From contig JAQVSI010000003.1 in the NCBI GenBank assembly GCA_028700625.1, forward strand, positions 1-62,716: a DNA stretch of 62,716 nucleotides. The letters are read 5' to 3'. This stretch comes from Candidatus Shapirobacteria bacterium (lineage in GTDB: Bacteria; Patescibacteriota; Microgenomatia; UBA12405). Position 1 is the first letter of the stretch, and the number at the start of each line of letters is the position of its first letter. Made by a program: the position numbers and the translations under genes. This document shows positions 45,454 to 56,454 of this stretch, in pieces. Below the pieces are notes generated by a model. That model made no database searches and was not told the origin of the DNA. It saw nothing but the letters and a program-made list of their open reading frames with translations.

Positions 45454-46626
45454 ATGGCAGATACTTTTCAAAGAAATAAGCCACACGTCAATGTTGGTAC
45501 TATTGGTCACGTCGATCATGGTAAAACCACTTTAACCGCCGCTATTTCCAAAGTTCAAGGTAGTTCAAAATCTTATGCAGATATCGCTAAGGGTGGTACA
45601 GTTCGTGACGCTTCTAAAATCGTCACCATTGCTATCTCTCATATCGAATACGAATCTGATAAAAGACATTATGCTCATATCGATTGTCCAGGACACGCTG
45701 ATTATGTCAAAAACATGATCACCGGTGCTGCTCAAATGGATGGTTCTATTCTTGTTGTTTCCGCACCAGATGGTCCAATGCCTCAAACCCGAGAACACAT
45801 TTTATTAGCTAAACAAGTCGGCGTTCCAAATTTGGTTGTTTTCTTAAACAAGGTTGATTTGGTTTCCGATCCTGAATTTTTAGAATTAGTTGAAATGGAA
45901 ATCCGAGATTTATTAACTAAATACGGTTATCCAGGCGACGAAATCCCAATTATTCAAGGTTCTGCTTTAAAAGCTCTCAATGGTGATGCTGAAGGTATTG
46001 AATCCATTAAGAAATTAATGAATGCTCTTGATACTTATATTCCTGAACCTGTTCGTGAGTTAGATAAACCTTTCTTAATGCCTATTGAAGACGTCTTTTC
46101 TATTAAAGGAAGAGGAACTGTTGCCACTGGTAGAATCGAAAAAGGTATTATCAAAATTAATGATGAAGTTGAAATCGTTGGTTTAAGAGATACTAAAAAA
46201 GCTGTTGTTACTGGTGTTGAAATGTTTCACAAGCTTCTTGATCAAGGTCAGGCAGGTGACAACGTTGGATTATTGCTCCGAGGTGTAGAAAAAGATGACA
46301 TTGAAAGAGGTCAAGTTTTAGCTAAACCAGGATCAATTACTCCTCATACCGAGTTTGAAGCTCAAGTTCTTTTACTTAAAAAAGAAGAAGGTGGTCGACA
46401 TACTCCAATTTTTAGTGGTTACCGTCCTCAAGTTTTCATCAGAACTACTGATGTAACCGGCGACATCACTTTACCAGAAGGTATTGAAATGGTTATGCCA
46501 GGCGATAATACTAACGTTATTGTTAAATTAATAAAACCTGTTGCTATGCAAGATGGTCAAAGATTCGCTATTCGCGAAGGTGGTTTGACTGTTGGAGCAG
46601 GTGCTATTACTAAGGTTATTAAATAA
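45454..46626 (+). CDS. tuf: Elongation factor Tu
   Basis: [25 protein letters not shown]; 390 aa. Confidence 0.98.
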   Translation: MADTFQRNKPHVNVGTIGHVDHGKTTLTAAISKVQGSSKSYADIAKGGTVRDASKIVTIAISHIEYESDKRHYAHIDCPGHADYVKNMITGAAQMDGSILVVSAPDGPMPQTREHILLAKQVGVPNLVVFLNKVDLVSDPEFLELVEMEIRDLLTKYGYPGDEIPIIQGSALKALNGDAEGIESIKKLMNALDTYIPEPVRELDKPFLMPIEDVFSIKGRGTVATGRIEKGIIKINDEVEIVGLRDTKKAVVTGVEMFHKLLDQGQAGDNVGLLLRGVEKDDIERGQVLAKPGSITPHTEFEAQVLLLKKEEGGRHTPIFSGYRPQVFIRTTDVTGDITLPEGIEMVMPGDNTNVIVKLIKPVAMQDGQRFAIREGGLTVGAGAITKVIK

Positions 46627-46628
46627 AT

Positions 46629-46940
46629 ATGGCCAAAGGTAACCGTATTCGAATTCGATTAAAATCTTTCGATCATCGTCTCATAGATGAGGCTGCGATT
46701 AAAATCGTCGAGACTGCGGTTACCGCTGGTGCTCAGGTGGAAGGTCCAATTCCATTACCAACTGAGAGAAAAACCATTGTTGTTCTTACTAGTCCTCATA
46801 CCGACAAAAATGCTCGTGAACACTTCCAAGTGCTTACACACAAGCGTCTTATCGATATCTCGAATACCAGTCTTCGAACTGTGGATAGTCTTCAGCATTT
46901 AGATTTACCATCTGGTGTGGAAATAGAAGTTAAAATGTAA
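46629..46940 (+). CDS. rpsJ: 30S ribosomal protein S10
   Basis: [17 protein letters not shown] signature. First gene of the S10 cluster. Confidence 0.96.
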   Translation: MAKGNRIRIRLKSFDHRLIDEAAIKIVETAVTAGAQVEGPIPLPTERKTIVVLTSPHTDKNAREHFQVLTHKRLIDISNTSLRTVDSLQHLDLPSGVEIEVKM

Positions 46941-46944
46941 AACT

Positions 46945-47562
46945 ATGATTTCAGGATTTCTCGTTAAAAAAGGTCAAATGACCAGCGTATACACTGAAGC
47001 CGGCAAGAGAATTGCTGTCACTAAATGTATTGCTTTGCCACTAATTGTCACTCAAATTAAAAACAAAGAAAAAGATGATTATCAGGCTGTTCAAGTTGCT
47101 TATGGTCAACGAAAAAAACTCGATAAATCTACTTCTACTAAGTTAAATAAATTAAAGATTGAAATTAGCCCAAAAGGTTTTCAAGAGTTTAACTTAACCT
47201 CTGATCAGATTCCAGAAATTGGTAGTAATATTTCTTTTGATTCAGTTTTTACTGTTGGTGAGGAAGTTGATATTACCGGTATTTCCAAAGGTCATGGATT
47301 TGCTGGTGTTATCAAAAGATGGGGTTTTAAAAAGCAACCAATTCGTGGTTCTTCTGATCGTGTCCGTCATCCAGGTTCTATCGGTGCTCAAACTCCAAGT
47401 AAAGTTGTTCGTGGTAAAAAAATGCCAGGACATTTTGGTAATGTTAATAAGACCATTGAGAATTTAAAAATCATTTCTATCAATTCTGAAAATAATGAAA
47501 TATTAATTAGTGGTTCTTTTCCTGGACATTTTAATTCTTGGATAACCATCACCAAAGTCTAA
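46945..47562 (+). CDS. rplC: 50S ribosomal protein L3
   Basis: GHGFAGVIKRWGF motif and cluster position. Confidence 0.95.
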   Translation: MISGFLVKKGQMTSVYTEAGKRIAVTKCIALPLIVTQIKNKEKDDYQAVQVAYGQRKKLDKSTSTKLNKLKIEISPKGFQEFNLTSDQIPEIGSNISFDSVFTVGEEVDITGISKGHGFAGVIKRWGFKKQPIRGSSDRVRHPGSIGAQTPSKVVRGKKMPGHFGNVNKTIENLKIISINSENNEILISGSFPGHFNSWITITKV

Positions 47563-47564
47563 AT

Positions 47565-48200
47565 ATGAAAGCTCAAATCTATAATATTAAAGCTGAAAAA
47601 GTTGAAGAAATGTCCTTACCAAAGGAAATCTTTGATACAAAAATCTCTGAAAAATTAATTTCTCAAGCTATTCGCGTTTATCTTGCAAATCAAAGATCTT
47701 CATTTGCTAAGGCAAAAACCAGATCTGAAGTTGCAGGAACAAGGCAAAAAGTTTGGGCTCAAAAAGGTACTGGTCGTGCTCGTCACGGCAATAGAACTGC
47801 TCCAATTTTCGTTGGTGGTGGTAGTGCTATGGGTCCAGATGGTAAACAAAACTATTCCCTTAGACTTAGTAAAAAAATGAAAGTTGTCGCCCTTAATTCT
47901 GTCTTAACCAAATTTGCTCAAGATAAAAAAATTATAATCATCGATTCTTTTAAAGAACTAACTCCAAAAGTTAAGGAAGGAATCAAATTACTTACTGGAC
48001 TTAGAGCTTTGGATGAAGTATTATCAAAAAGTTCAAAAGTTGGGATTATAACTACTAAAACCCTTCCAAATGTTAAAAGAGCTTTTGGAAATGTTCCTAA
48101 AACTAATCTTTTGTCTCTAAAGTCATTAAACGTTTATGATCTTTCTAATCAAAATTTTTTGATTATTAGTAAAAAGACCATTGAAAGTTTTTCTAAATAA
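47565..48200 (+). CDS. rplD: 50S ribosomal protein L4
   Basis: KGTGRARHGNRTAPIFVGGG motif. ATG 47565 follows the rplC stop (the track start at 47538 overlaps rplC). Confidence 0.94.
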   Translation: MKAQIYNIKAEKVEEMSLPKEIFDTKISEKLISQAIRVYLANQRSSFAKAKTRSEVAGTRQKVWAQKGTGRARHGNRTAPIFVGGGSAMGPDGKQNYSLRLSKKMKVVALNSVLTKFAQDKKIIIIDSFKELTPKVKEGIKLLTGLRALDEVLSKSSKVGIITTKTLPNVKRAFGNVPKTNLLSLKSLNVYDLSNQNFLIISKKTIESFSK

Positions 48201-48202
48201 AT

Positions 48203-48499
48203 ATGAAATCTAATTTAATAGTTTTAAAACCAGTTTTTACCGAAAAGACTTTGGCTCAACAAGAAAGTGGTAAATATACCTTCTGGGTTAAAAAAACCGC
48301 CACTAAAGGTCAAATTAAAGAGTCTTTTGAATCTGTTTTTGACCTTAAATCTTTAAGTATCAACACAGTTCTTATTAAGGGTAAAAATAAAACTGATTGG
48401 AAAAAAAGATTACCAATCAAAAAGTCTGATCTTAAAAAGGCTATTATCACTGTTGATAAAACTAAAAAAATTGAATTATTAAAACTAAATACCAAATAA
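48203..48499 (+). CDS. rplW: 50S ribosomal protein L23
   Basis: 98 aa. LKPVFTEKT start motif and cluster position. Confidence 0.92.
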   Translation: MKSNLIVLKPVFTEKTLAQQESGKYTFWVKKTATKGQIKESFESVFDLKSLSINTVLIKGKNKTDWKKRLPIKKSDLKKAIITVDKTKKIELLKLNTK

Positions 48500-48502
48500 T
48501 TT

Positions 48503-49246
48503 ATGACCAGAATTCGATCCTTATTAACTATTAAGAAAAAAACTAGCGGCCGAGATGCTCAAGGTCATATTTCCATTAGACATCGCGGTGGTGAACAAAA
48601 ACGTTTTTTAAGAATCATCGATTGGAAAAGAAATAAGCTCGACATAACCGCCAAGGTTATCTCTATTGAATACGATCCAGGTAGAACAGCAGATATTGCT
48701 CTTTTGTCCTATGCAGACGGTGAAAAGTCATTCATTTTAGCTCCTACTGCTTTAAAAGTTGGAGATACTGTTGTTTCTTCAGTTAATGCTCCAATTAAAG
48801 ATGGTAATTGTCTACCTCTCAAAAATATTCCAGTGGGTATTCCTATTCATTGTTTATCTTTCAAAATTGGTAAAGGTGCTCAATTAATTAAAAGTGCTGG
48901 TAGTGCTGCTTATGTTCAAAGCATAGATGGGAAAAAAGCCACCATTAAGCTTCCTTCAGGCGAAATCAGAATCTTCAATTCTGAAGGCTTTGCCACTATT
49001 GGTCAGGTTGGTAATTCAGAACATTCAACCCAAAAACTTACTAAAGCTGGTCAATCTCGTCTTCGAGGTATTCGTCCAACTGTTAGAGGTGTGGCTCAAA
49101 ACCCTCATTCTCATCCACACGGTGGTGGTGAAGGGCGAAGCTCTATTGGTATGCATCCAAAAACACCATGGGGTAAATCTGCTTTTAAAAGAACCAGAAA
49201 ACATAAAAAAGTTTCCAATAAATTAATTGTTAAACGTAGACCATAA
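48503..49246 (+). CDS. rplB: 50S ribosomal protein L2
   Basis: RHRGGEQKR and [14 protein letters not shown] motifs. Confidence 0.96.
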   Translation: MTRIRSLLTIKKKTSGRDAQGHISIRHRGGEQKRFLRIIDWKRNKLDITAKVISIEYDPGRTADIALLSYADGEKSFILAPTALKVGDTVVSSVNAPIKDGNCLPLKNIPVGIPIHCLSFKIGKGAQLIKSAGSAAYVQSIDGKKATIKLPSGEIRIFNSEGFATIGQVGNSEHSTQKLTKAGQSRLRGIRPTVRGVAQNPHSHPHGGGEGRSSIGMHPKTPWGKSAFKRTRKHKKVSNKLIVKRRP

Positions 49247-49518
49247 TGTCAAGAAGTTCTAAAAAAGGTCCATATATCGATCAAAATCTACTTAAAAAAG
49301 TAGCCAAGGGCGGTACCGAGGCCATCAAAACATGGGCTAGAAGAAGTCAAATTCCTCCAGAGTTTGTTGGAAAAAACTTCGAAGTTCATAATGGTAAAAA
49401 ATTTATTAACGTCTATGTTACCGAAGATATGGTTGGACATCGCTTAGGTGAATTCTCCGCTACTCGTACCTTTAAAGGTCATGGACGTGTTGTTAAACGA
49501 GTTATTGAAAAGACGTAA
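49246..49518 (+). CDS. rpsS: 30S ribosomal protein S19
   Basis: [43 protein letters not shown]. Confidence 0.97.
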   Translation: MSRSSKKGPYIDQNLLKKVAKGGTEAIKTWARRSQIPPEFVGKNFEVHNGKKFINVYVTEDMVGHRLGEFSATRTFKGHGRVVKRVIEKT

Positions 49519-49524
49519 ATAATT

Positions 49525-49983
49525 ATGCCAAAAGAAATTAAAAAAATTACTAAAACCAAAACTCCAACCGTTAAAAAAGCTGAAGTTAAGGCAGTTTCAA
49601 ATGTTATTGAAACTCCAAAAATTGAAGTATCTACCAGTAAAATTGCTAAATATCTTAATAAAAATGTCATGATTTCTCCTCGTAAATTAAGACTTCTAGT
49701 CGACAATATTAAAAAATTGTCTCCAAACGAAGCTTTAAATAGGCTTAAATTCACCAATACTAAAGCTGCCAGAATTATAATCAAAGCACTTCAAAATGTT
49801 ATTGCTGATGCTAAAAACAATTTCAATCTCGATACTAACTCTTTAAAATTCGATCTTATTAAAGTTGACGAAGCTTTAAAAATCAAGCGCATGGACAAAG
49901 CCCATGGTTCTAGATTTGCCAGAGGTCTTATTCAAAAAAGACACAGTCGACTTGTTATACATGTTAAAGGTAATCAAAAATAA
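49525..49983 (+). CDS. rplV: 50S ribosomal protein L22 with K-rich N-terminal extension
   Basis: ISPRKLRLLVDNIKK core. About 40 extra N-terminal residues. Confidence 0.92.
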   Translation: MPKEIKKITKTKTPTVKKAEVKAVSNVIETPKIEVSTSKIAKYLNKNVMISPRKLRLLVDNIKKLSPNEALNRLKFTNTKAARIIIKALQNVIADAKNNFNLDTNSLKFDLIKVDEALKIKRMDKAHGSRFARGLIQKRHSRLVIHVKGNQK

Positions 49984-49985
49984 TT

Positions 49986-50627
49986 ATGGGTCAAAAAATT
50001 AATCCAATTGGTTTTAGACTAGAAACAGTCAAAAATAGCCCTCAATGGCAATCTTCTTGGTATGCTGGCGCCAAAAAATACGCCATCTATCTTTTAGAAG
50101 ATAAAAAAATTAGAGATTTTATTCAAAGCAAATTTAGTTCAGCTGGAATTGTTTCTATTAGAATTGAACGTTCTGTTAAAAAGATAAAATTGATTTTAGT
50201 TGTTTCTCGACCTGGTTTAGTTATCGGTCGTGGTGGTAAAGAATTAGAAACTATCAAAAAAGAAGTTCAAAAAGTTCTTTTCAAAGATAGCGGTAAACAA
50301 GGAATTGAAATACAAGTTGAAGAATTTAAACATGCTGATCTTTCTGCTAAATTAATTGCTGAAAAAATTGCTTTTCAATTAACCAAAAGAATGCCTTATC
50401 GTCGAGTTGTTTTATCAGCCATGGAGAGGTCTATTTCTTCAGGTGCTAAAGGTATTAAAATTATTCTTTCTGGACGTATCAATGGTGCCGAAATCGGTCG
50501 CCGAGAAAAATTTTCTGAAGGCACAGTTCCGTTAAGTACAATTCGTTCACACATTGACTATCATGAATGCCCATCTTTAACCAGATCCGGTTATATTGGA
50601 GTTAAAGTTTATTTATGTTTAGGCTAA
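49986..50627 (+). CDS. rpsC: 30S ribosomal protein S3
   Basis: MGQKINPIGFRL start and KH domain GLVIGRGGKELETI. Confidence 0.97.
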   Translation: MGQKINPIGFRLETVKNSPQWQSSWYAGAKKYAIYLLEDKKIRDFIQSKFSSAGIVSIRIERSVKKIKLILVVSRPGLVIGRGGKELETIKKEVQKVLFKDSGKQGIEIQVEEFKHADLSAKLIAEKIAFQLTKRMPYRRVVLSAMERSISSGAKGIKIILSGRINGAEIGRREKFSEGTVPLSTIRSHIDYHECPSLTRSGYIGVKVYLCLG

Positions 50628-50633
50628 ATAATT

Positions 50634-51035
50634 ATGTTACAACCAAGTAGAACCAAATATAGAAAACAATTCAGAGGTAAAATGAGAGGTAATTCTAAAG
50701 GTAATTTAGTTGCTTTTGGTGAATATGGTCTTAAGTCTATGGAATGTAGTTGGATTACTGCCAATCAATTAGAAGCTGCTCGTCGTGCTATTTCTCATTC
50801 AACCAAAAGAAATGGTCGTATGTGGGTTAGAATCTTTCCAGACAAACCAATTACTGAAAAAGGTACTGGAACTATGGGTGCTGGTAAAGGCGATGTTAAA
50901 GGTTATGTTGCTGTTGTTAAGCCAGGTCGAGTTATTTTCGAAGTTTCCGGTGTTACCGAAATTGAAGCTCGAAAAGGTTTAAAATTAGCCGCTGCTAAGT
51001 TACCAGTTAAATGCAAAATCGTTAATCGAAAATAG
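50634..51035 (+). CDS. rplP: 50S ribosomal protein L16
   Basis: [19 protein letters not shown] start motif. Confidence 0.97.
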   Translation: MLQPSRTKYRKQFRGKMRGNSKGNLVAFGEYGLKSMECSWITANQLEAARRAISHSTKRNGRMWVRIFPDKPITEKGTGTMGAGKGDVKGYVAVVKPGRVIFEVSGVTEIEARKGLKLAAAKLPVKCKIVNRK

Positions 51036-51046
51036 GGGTAGATTTT

Positions 51047-51250
51047 ATGAAAAAAACTGATAAAATTTCCTACAGACAAAAAAGTGTTGAGGAACTATTA
51101 AAAAATCTTTTAGATCTTCGAAAGAAATTTATTGAAACCAAGGCTAAACAGGCCACTGGAAATCAAAAAGACACTTCTGTCTTTGCGAAAATTAAATATG
51201 AGATTTCTTTAATCTCAACTCTTATTCAAGAAAAGAAAAATGATAAATAA
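51047..51250 (+). CDS. rpmC: 50S ribosomal protein L29
   Basis: 67 aa, helical (SVEELLKNLLDLRKKFIETKAKQATGN). Cluster position. Confidence 0.9.
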   Translation: MKKTDKISYRQKSVEELLKNLLDLRKKFIETKAKQATGNQKDTSVFAKIKYEISLISTLIQEKKNDK

Positions 51251-51497
51251 AATTAATAAAAATGGTAAGACATTTGAAGGTAGCGTCGTTTCTGATAAAA
51301 TGACCAACACTATTGTCGTCTCTCTTGAATACACTAACCGTCATCCACTTTACAAAAAGATTGTTAGAAAGCATAAAAATATTTATGCCGAAAATAATTT
51401 ATTAGCTAAAATAGGGGACATTGTTAAGGTCAGAGAAACCCGACCTTTAAGCAAGCTTAAAAGATTTACTACTTTAGCCATCATCAAGAAGGCTTAA
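51240..51497 (+). CDS. rpsQ: 30S ribosomal protein S17
   Basis: [16 protein letters not shown]...HPLYKKI...VRETRPLSK. Confidence 0.95.
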   Translation: MINKINKNGKTFEGSVVSDKMTNTIVVSLEYTNRHPLYKKIVRKHKNIYAENNLLAKIGDIVKVRETRPLSKLKRFTTLAIIKKA

Positions 51498-51501
51498 ATA
51501 T

Positions 51502-51870
51502 ATGATTCAACTAAGAAGTATTATCAAACCAGCCGATAATTGTGGAGCTAAATCTGTCCAAGTTATCCATGTTTACAAAGGTCATTTTCACAAGAAAGGT
51601 ACCATTGGTGACACTGTTATGGCTGTTGTTATGGAGGCTATCCCAAATGGCTTAGTTAAGAAAAAAGAAAAAGTCAAAATGGTTATTGTTCGTACTAAAA
51701 AAGAATTTGGTCGAGCTGATGGTTCATATATTCGCTTTAACGATAATGCTGGTGTTATTATTGATTCCCAAAACAATCCACGAGGTACCAGAATTTTTGG
51801 ACCAATTGCTCGTGAAATTAAAGATTTAGGTTTTAATAAAATTGCTTCTATGGCCGGGGAGGTCTACTAA
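51502..51870 (+). CDS. rplN: 50S ribosomal protein L14
   Basis: [17 protein letters not shown] start motif, 122 aa. Confidence 0.97.
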   Translation: MIQLRSIIKPADNCGAKSVQVIHVYKGHFHKKGTIGDTVMAVVMEAIPNGLVKKKEKVKMVIVRTKKEFGRADGSYIRFNDNAGVIIDSQNNPRGTRIFGPIAREIKDLGFNKIASMAGEVY

Positions 51871-51872
51871 TT

Positions 51873-52199
51873 ATGAAAATATTAAAAGGTGATACTGTCA
51901 AAATTTTAATTGGAAAAGACAAAGGTCGTGAAGGACTTATTGTTAAAACCATGCCTAAAAAAGATAAAGTTGTCATTAAAGGTTTAAATTTATATAAAAA
52001 ACATATTAAACCATCTCAAGGTAAGCCAGGTTCTATTGTTGAAAAAGAAAGAGCTATGACGGTTTCTAAAGTGGGTTTAATTTGTCCTAATTGTAAAAAA
52101 ATCATTAGAGTTGCTTATCAAATTGATAAATCAGGTGAAAAATCCAGAATTTGTCGTAAATGTAAGACTATTTTAAATAATCTTACTATCAAAAAATAA
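51873..52199 (+). CDS. rplX: 50S ribosomal protein L24 (zinc-ribbon variant)
   Basis: KGDTVKILIGKDKGREG KOW motif. C-terminal CPNC...CRKC. Confidence 0.94.
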   Translation: MKILKGDTVKILIGKDKGREGLIVKTMPKKDKVVIKGLNLYKKHIKPSQGKPGSIVEKERAMTVSKVGLICPNCKKIIRVAYQIDKSGEKSRICRKCKTILNNLTIKK

Positions 52200-52201
52200 T
52201 T

Positions 52202-52741
52202 ATGTTAAAAACAACCATTGAAACCACTATTAAAGAAAATTTGATTAACGCTCTTGGTAAAAAAAGAAATGTCTTTTCTTTACCAAAATTAAAAAAAGTA
52301 GTTGTCAATTATCGTGTTCCCGATGCTCGTGAAAGTCAAGAATCTTTAGATGCTGCCATTGAAGAATTAATCGCTATTGTTGGTCAAAAACCAAAGCTTT
52401 GTAAGGCTAAAAAGGCCGTTTCTTCTTTCAAAATCAGAGAAAATGATCCATTAGCTCTCAAAGTTACTCTTCGAGGAGCCAGAATGTATGATTTTGTTGA
52501 AAAATTATTCAATCTAGTTTTACCTCGCCTTCGCGATTTTAAAGGTTTACCATCTACAGCTTTCGATTCTGAAGGTAATTATAATTTAACTCTTAAAGAT
52601 CAAACCTTTTTTCCAGAGATTAATTTGGATAAAGTTAAACAAATTCGATCAGTTCAAGTTACTATGAATATTAATGCCTCTTCAAAAGAAGAAGCAAAAA
52701 TGTTATTATCAGCTTTAGGTTTTCCTTTCGAGAAAAAATAA
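52202..52741 (+). CDS. rplE: 50S ribosomal protein L5
   Basis: 179 aa. LPRLRDFKGL motif and cluster position. Confidence 0.95.
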   Translation: MLKTTIETTIKENLINALGKKRNVFSLPKLKKVVVNYRVPDARESQESLDAAIEELIAIVGQKPKLCKAKKAVSSFKIRENDPLALKVTLRGARMYDFVEKLFNLVLPRLRDFKGLPSTAFDSEGNYNLTLKDQTFFPEINLDKVKQIRSVQVTMNINASSKEEAKMLLSALGFPFEKK

Positions 52742-52749
52742 AATAAATT

Positions 52750-52935
52750 ATGGCTACTATAGCAAAAATTGTCAGAGAAGACAAAAAATTAAAATACAGT
52801 TGCAGACATCACAATCGATGTCACATTTGTGGTCGACCTCGTGGTTTTATTCGTTTATTTGGCATTTGTCGACTTTGCTTTCGCAGGTTAGCTCATCAAG
52901 GAATGCTTCCTGGTGTTAAAAAAGCCAGCTGGTAA
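52750..52935 (+). CDS. rpsN: 30S ribosomal protein S14 type Z (zinc-binding)
   Basis: 61 aa with CxxC...CxxC ([22 protein letters not shown]). Confidence 0.96.
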   Translation: MATIAKIVREDKKLKYSCRHHNRCHICGRPRGFIRLFGICRLCFRRLAHQGMLPGVKKASW

Positions 52936-52943
52936 ATAAAAAT

Positions 52944-53333
52944 ATGCATCAATCAACATCTATCGACTTCTTAATTAGAATTAAAAATGGCTATAAAGCT
53001 GGAAGAAAAACTATTTCTGCTCCAGTTTCTAATTTTTGTATCGCTATGGCAACTCTCTTAAAAAAAACTGGCTTTATTACCGATTTTAATATTAAAGGTG
53101 AAGTTAAAAAAACCATGACAATTACTCTTACCTACGATAATAACGAAGGTCGAGTTAGTGATGTTCGTCTTTTTTCTACTCCAGGTTGTCGTATTTATGA
53201 AAAAAAATCATCCCTTCCTTGGGGTAAAAACCCTAGGTCATTAATCATTGTTTCCACTTCTGCAGGTGTTATGTCTCAAAAAGAGGCTAAAAGCAAAGGT
53301 TTAGGTGGAGAAATTATTGCCGAAATTTGGTAA
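52944..53333 (+). CDS. rpsH: 30S ribosomal protein S8
   Basis: IDFLIRIKNGYKA and C-terminal GLGGEIIAEIW. Confidence 0.95.
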   Translation: MHQSTSIDFLIRIKNGYKAGRKTISAPVSNFCIAMATLLKKTGFITDFNIKGEVKKTMTITLTYDNNEGRVSDVRLFSTPGCRIYEKKSSLPWGKNPRSLIIVSTSAGVMSQKEAKSKGLGGEIIAEIW

Positions 53334-53339
53334 ACCTTT

Positions 53340-53879
53340 ATGTCAAGAATAGGAAAACAATTAATTAATATTCCAACCGAAGTCAATGTTGTTGCTGAAA
53401 ACAACATTGTCACTGTTACTGGTCCAAAAGGTGAATTAAAATTAAATTTACCTATCAAAATTAACGTTGAAATCAAAGACAATCAAGTTATTGTTACTCG
53501 CGCTTCTGAAGATAAAAAAACTAAAGCCAATCATGGCACTACCAGAGCTCATTTAAATAATATGATCAAAGGTGTTGTGGAGCTTTGGAAAAAAGAACTT
53601 GAAATTAGAGGCACTGGTTATAAAGTTGCCCTAATGGGTAACAAAATTAGACTTAATGTTGGTTTTATCCATCACGTTGATGTTGAAGCTCCAGCTGGTG
53701 TTTTCTTTGAAGTTCCAGAAGATACAAAAGTTATTGTTACTGGAACCAATAAAACTCATGTTGGTCAAGTTGCTAGTAATATTCGCAAAATTAGACCACC
53801 AGAACCTTACAAGGGTAAAGGTATTAGATATGTTGATGAATTTATTAAACTTAAAGCTGGTAAAAAAGCTAAAGCCTAA
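53340..53879 (+). CDS. rplF: 50S ribosomal protein L6
   Basis: [12 protein letters not shown] start and [11 protein letters not shown] motif. Confidence 0.96.
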   Translation: MSRIGKQLINIPTEVNVVAENNIVTVTGPKGELKLNLPIKINVEIKDNQVIVTRASEDKKTKANHGTTRAHLNNMIKGVVELWKKELEIRGTGYKVALMGNKIRLNVGFIHHVDVEAPAGVFFEVPEDTKVIVTGTNKTHVGQVASNIRKIRPPEPYKGKGIRYVDEFIKLKAGKKAKA

Positions 53880-53887
53880 AAAATAAA

Positions 53888-54232
53888 ATGATTATACATA
53901 ATTCAAAAAAAAGAAGACAAAATAGAGTTAGATCAAAACTAGCTTTAAATTTAGGTGTTCCTCGTTTGACTGTTTTTAGAAGCAATCAACATATTTGGGC
54001 TCAAATTATCGATGATAAGCATGGAAAAACCTTAGTTTCCACTTCTACTAAAACTTTAAAATTAGACAAAGGTACTAAAACCGAGAAAGCTATTGCTGTT
54101 GGTGAAAAAATTGCTATCATTGCTTTAGAAAAAAAGATTATCAAAGTTAGATTTGATCGCGGTCTTTACCATTATCATGGTCGAGTTAAAGCTCTCGCTG
54201 ATGGTGCTCGTTCCAAAGGTTTAAATTTTTAA
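53888..54232 (+). CDS. rplR: 50S ribosomal protein L18
   Basis: [40 protein letters not shown]. Confidence 0.95.
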   Translation: MIIHNSKKRRQNRVRSKLALNLGVPRLTVFRSNQHIWAQIIDDKHGKTLVSTSTKTLKLDKGTKTEKAIAVGEKIAIIALEKKIIKVRFDRGLYHYHGRVKALADGARSKGLNF

Positions 54233-54236
54233 TTTT

Positions 54237-54704
54237 ATGAATAATAATCAACAATATCAAAAATTTGAAAAACCAGTCAGTGAATTTACTGACAAAGTTG
54301 TCGAAATTAAAAGAGTATCTAAAAAGACCAAAGGTGGAAATCAAATCCACTTTACTGCTCTTGTTGTTTCTGGTGACAAAAAAAGCCGAGTTGGTGTTGG
54401 TTTAGGTAAGGCTAAAAGTGTTGCTGATGCTATTCAAAAAGGTATTAAAAAAGCTCAAAAAAGTTTAATTACTATTCCTATTACCAACGGTACTATTTCT
54501 GGTTCTGTTCAGTTAAAGTTTAAAGGTGCCATCGTTATGATTAGACCAGGAAAAGAGGGAAGTGGTCTTATTGCTGGAGGTCCAGTTAGATTTGTTGTCG
54601 AATTGGCAGGGATAAAAGATATTGTTAGTAAAATCATTGGTTCTAAAAATAAATCAATTAATGTTTGGGCAACTCTTAAAGCTCTCTCTACTCTCAAAAA
54701 ATAA
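54237..54704 (+). CDS. rpsE: 30S ribosomal protein S5
   Basis: VVEIKRVSKKTKGGNQIHFTALVVSGD...VGVGLGKAKSVADAIQKG. Confidence 0.96.
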   Translation: MNNNQQYQKFEKPVSEFTDKVVEIKRVSKKTKGGNQIHFTALVVSGDKKSRVGVGLGKAKSVADAIQKGIKKAQKSLITIPITNGTISGSVQLKFKGAIVMIRPGKEGSGLIAGGPVRFVVELAGIKDIVSKIIGSKNKSINVWATLKALSTLKK

Positions 54705-54705
54705 T

Positions 54706-55155
54706 ATGGAAATCTTAACTAAACTAACTAAAATTACTCAAAAACCTGCCCGACGTTGCGGTCGTGGCATTGGCTCAGGTCTTGGCGGTCACACTTCTGG
54801 TCGTGGTGCTAAAGGTGATAAAGCTAGAGGTTCAACAGATTTAGCTTTTGCTGGTACAAAAAATAAAAAATCTTGGATTAAGAGGCTTCCTTTTTTAAGA
54901 GGTAAACATCGTCTTCACAGTCAAAATAGAGCTGTTAATATCACTTTAGATCAAATTGAAAAATGGTTCAAAACTAATGATGTTGTTGACACAGCTTCAA
55001 TTGCCAAAAAATCTAAAATATCTTTTAATAATTTCAATTCTTATTTCAAAATTTTAGCTATTGGTACTATTACTAAATCTTTAACTTTTAAAGGTGTTTC
55101 TTTCTCAAAAGTTGCCAAAGACAAAATTATAGCAGCAGGTGGTAATATAGATTAA
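54706..55155 (+). CDS. rplO: 50S ribosomal protein L15
   Basis: RRCGRGIGSGLGGHTSGRGAKG. ATG 54706 is 1 nt after the rpsE stop (the track start at 54622 overlaps rpsE). No L30 gene lies in between. Confidence 0.94.
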   Translation: MEILTKLTKITQKPARRCGRGIGSGLGGHTSGRGAKGDKARGSTDLAFAGTKNKKSWIKRLPFLRGKHRLHSQNRAVNITLDQIEKWFKTNDVVDTASIAKKSKISFNNFNSYFKILAIGTITKSLTFKGVSFSKVAKDKIIAAGGNID

Positions 55156-56435
55156 TGAATTTGATAGCCAAATCACTTCTCTTATACGTCGAAGGTCTAA
55201 AAACTCCTATCTTTAGGAAAAAATTAATTATTACTATTCTACTTTTAGTTTTTTTTCGCTTAATCGCCCATATTCCAGTTCCTGGTGTAAATTTAACTCT
55301 CTTAAAGCAATTTTTTTCTCAAAATCAGTTACTTTCTCTTATTGATATTTTTTCAGGTGGAACATTGGCCAATTTCTCTATTGCCGCTCTAGGTTTATCT
55401 CCTTACATTAATGCTTCAGTTATGATGCAGCTTTTAGCTTTGGTTGTTCCTCAAATTGAAGAACTTCAAAAAGAAGGTGAATATGGTCGTGCCAAGATCA
55501 ATCAATACATCCGCATTGCCACTATCCCTTTTGCCATCATTAATGGTTTTGGTATGTTCACTATCTTAAGATCTCAAAATATAATTACTGATTTCAACCC
55601 TCTGACCGTGGCCGGTATGATTTTTAGTATGTTGGCCGGAACCATGATTATGATTTTTCTTGGGGAAATGGTTAACATTTATGGAGTCGGCAACGGTATT
55701 TCCATGCTTATCTTTGCTGGTATTATTTCGCGTCTTCCTATCAGTTTTATTCAAACCTTTAGTGTTACCGATTTTTCTAATCCTCAAAATACCTTAAATA
55801 TAATTATTCTAGCTGCTCTTGCTATTGCTCTAATTTTTTGCATAGTTCTAGTTGAAGAATCAATTCTTCGTGTTCCTATAAATTATGCTAAGCGAGGTCA
55901 ATCGACATATCTTCCAATAAAAATAAATACCGCTGGAGTTATGCCAATCATCTTTGCTGTTTCTCTGGCTACTGTTCCTTCTCTCTTAGGTCAGTTTTTA
56001 GGTAAAGTTCCAAATCAATTTATTGCTTCAGCGGCTACTACTTTCGCTAATATTTTTAAAACCGATGGCTATATTTATATGGCTTTTTACTTTTTCTTAG
56101 TCATGGGCTTCACCTTCTTTTATACCTCTGTCATTTTTAAACCAAAAGATATTGCTGATGAATTAAGAAAATCAGGTGGTTTTATCCCTGGCATTCGTCC
56201 TGGTATTTCCACTGAAAAACGTCTTAAATATCTAATCAATCGAGTTATTGTTATTGGTTCTGTCTTTTTAGGTTTAATTGCTGTCGCTCCATCTATTGTT
56301 CAAAAAATTACCGGAATAACCACATTAACTATTGGTGGAACCAGTGTTTTAATCGTTGTTTCTGTTGTTATTGAACTAACTCGCAAATTAGAAAATGTAG
56401 TTCAAATGCAAAATTACGAAAAATTATCTTATTAA
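55155..56435 (+). CDS. secY: Preprotein translocase subunit SecY
   Basis: 426 aa with about 10 TM segments. IFSGGTLANFSIAALGLSPYINASVMMQLL motif. Confidence 0.97.
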   Translation: MNLIAKSLLLYVEGLKTPIFRKKLIITILLLVFFRLIAHIPVPGVNLTLLKQFFSQNQLLSLIDIFSGGTLANFSIAALGLSPYINASVMMQLLALVVPQIEELQKEGEYGRAKINQYIRIATIPFAIINGFGMFTILRSQNIITDFNPLTVAGMIFSMLAGTMIMIFLGEMVNIYGVGNGISMLIFAGIISRLPISFIQTFSVTDFSNPQNTLNIIILAALAIALIFCIVLVEESILRVPINYAKRGQSTYLPIKINTAGVMPIIFAVSLATVPSLLGQFLGKVPNQFIASAATTFANIFKTDGYIYMAFYFFLVMGFTFFYTSVIFKPKDIADELRKSGGFIPGIRPGISTEKRLKYLINRVIVIGSVFLGLIAVAPSIVQKITGITTLTIGGTSVLIVVSVVIELTRKLENVVQMQNYEKLSY

Positions 56436-56454
56436 TTAGAAATTAAAAAAAATT

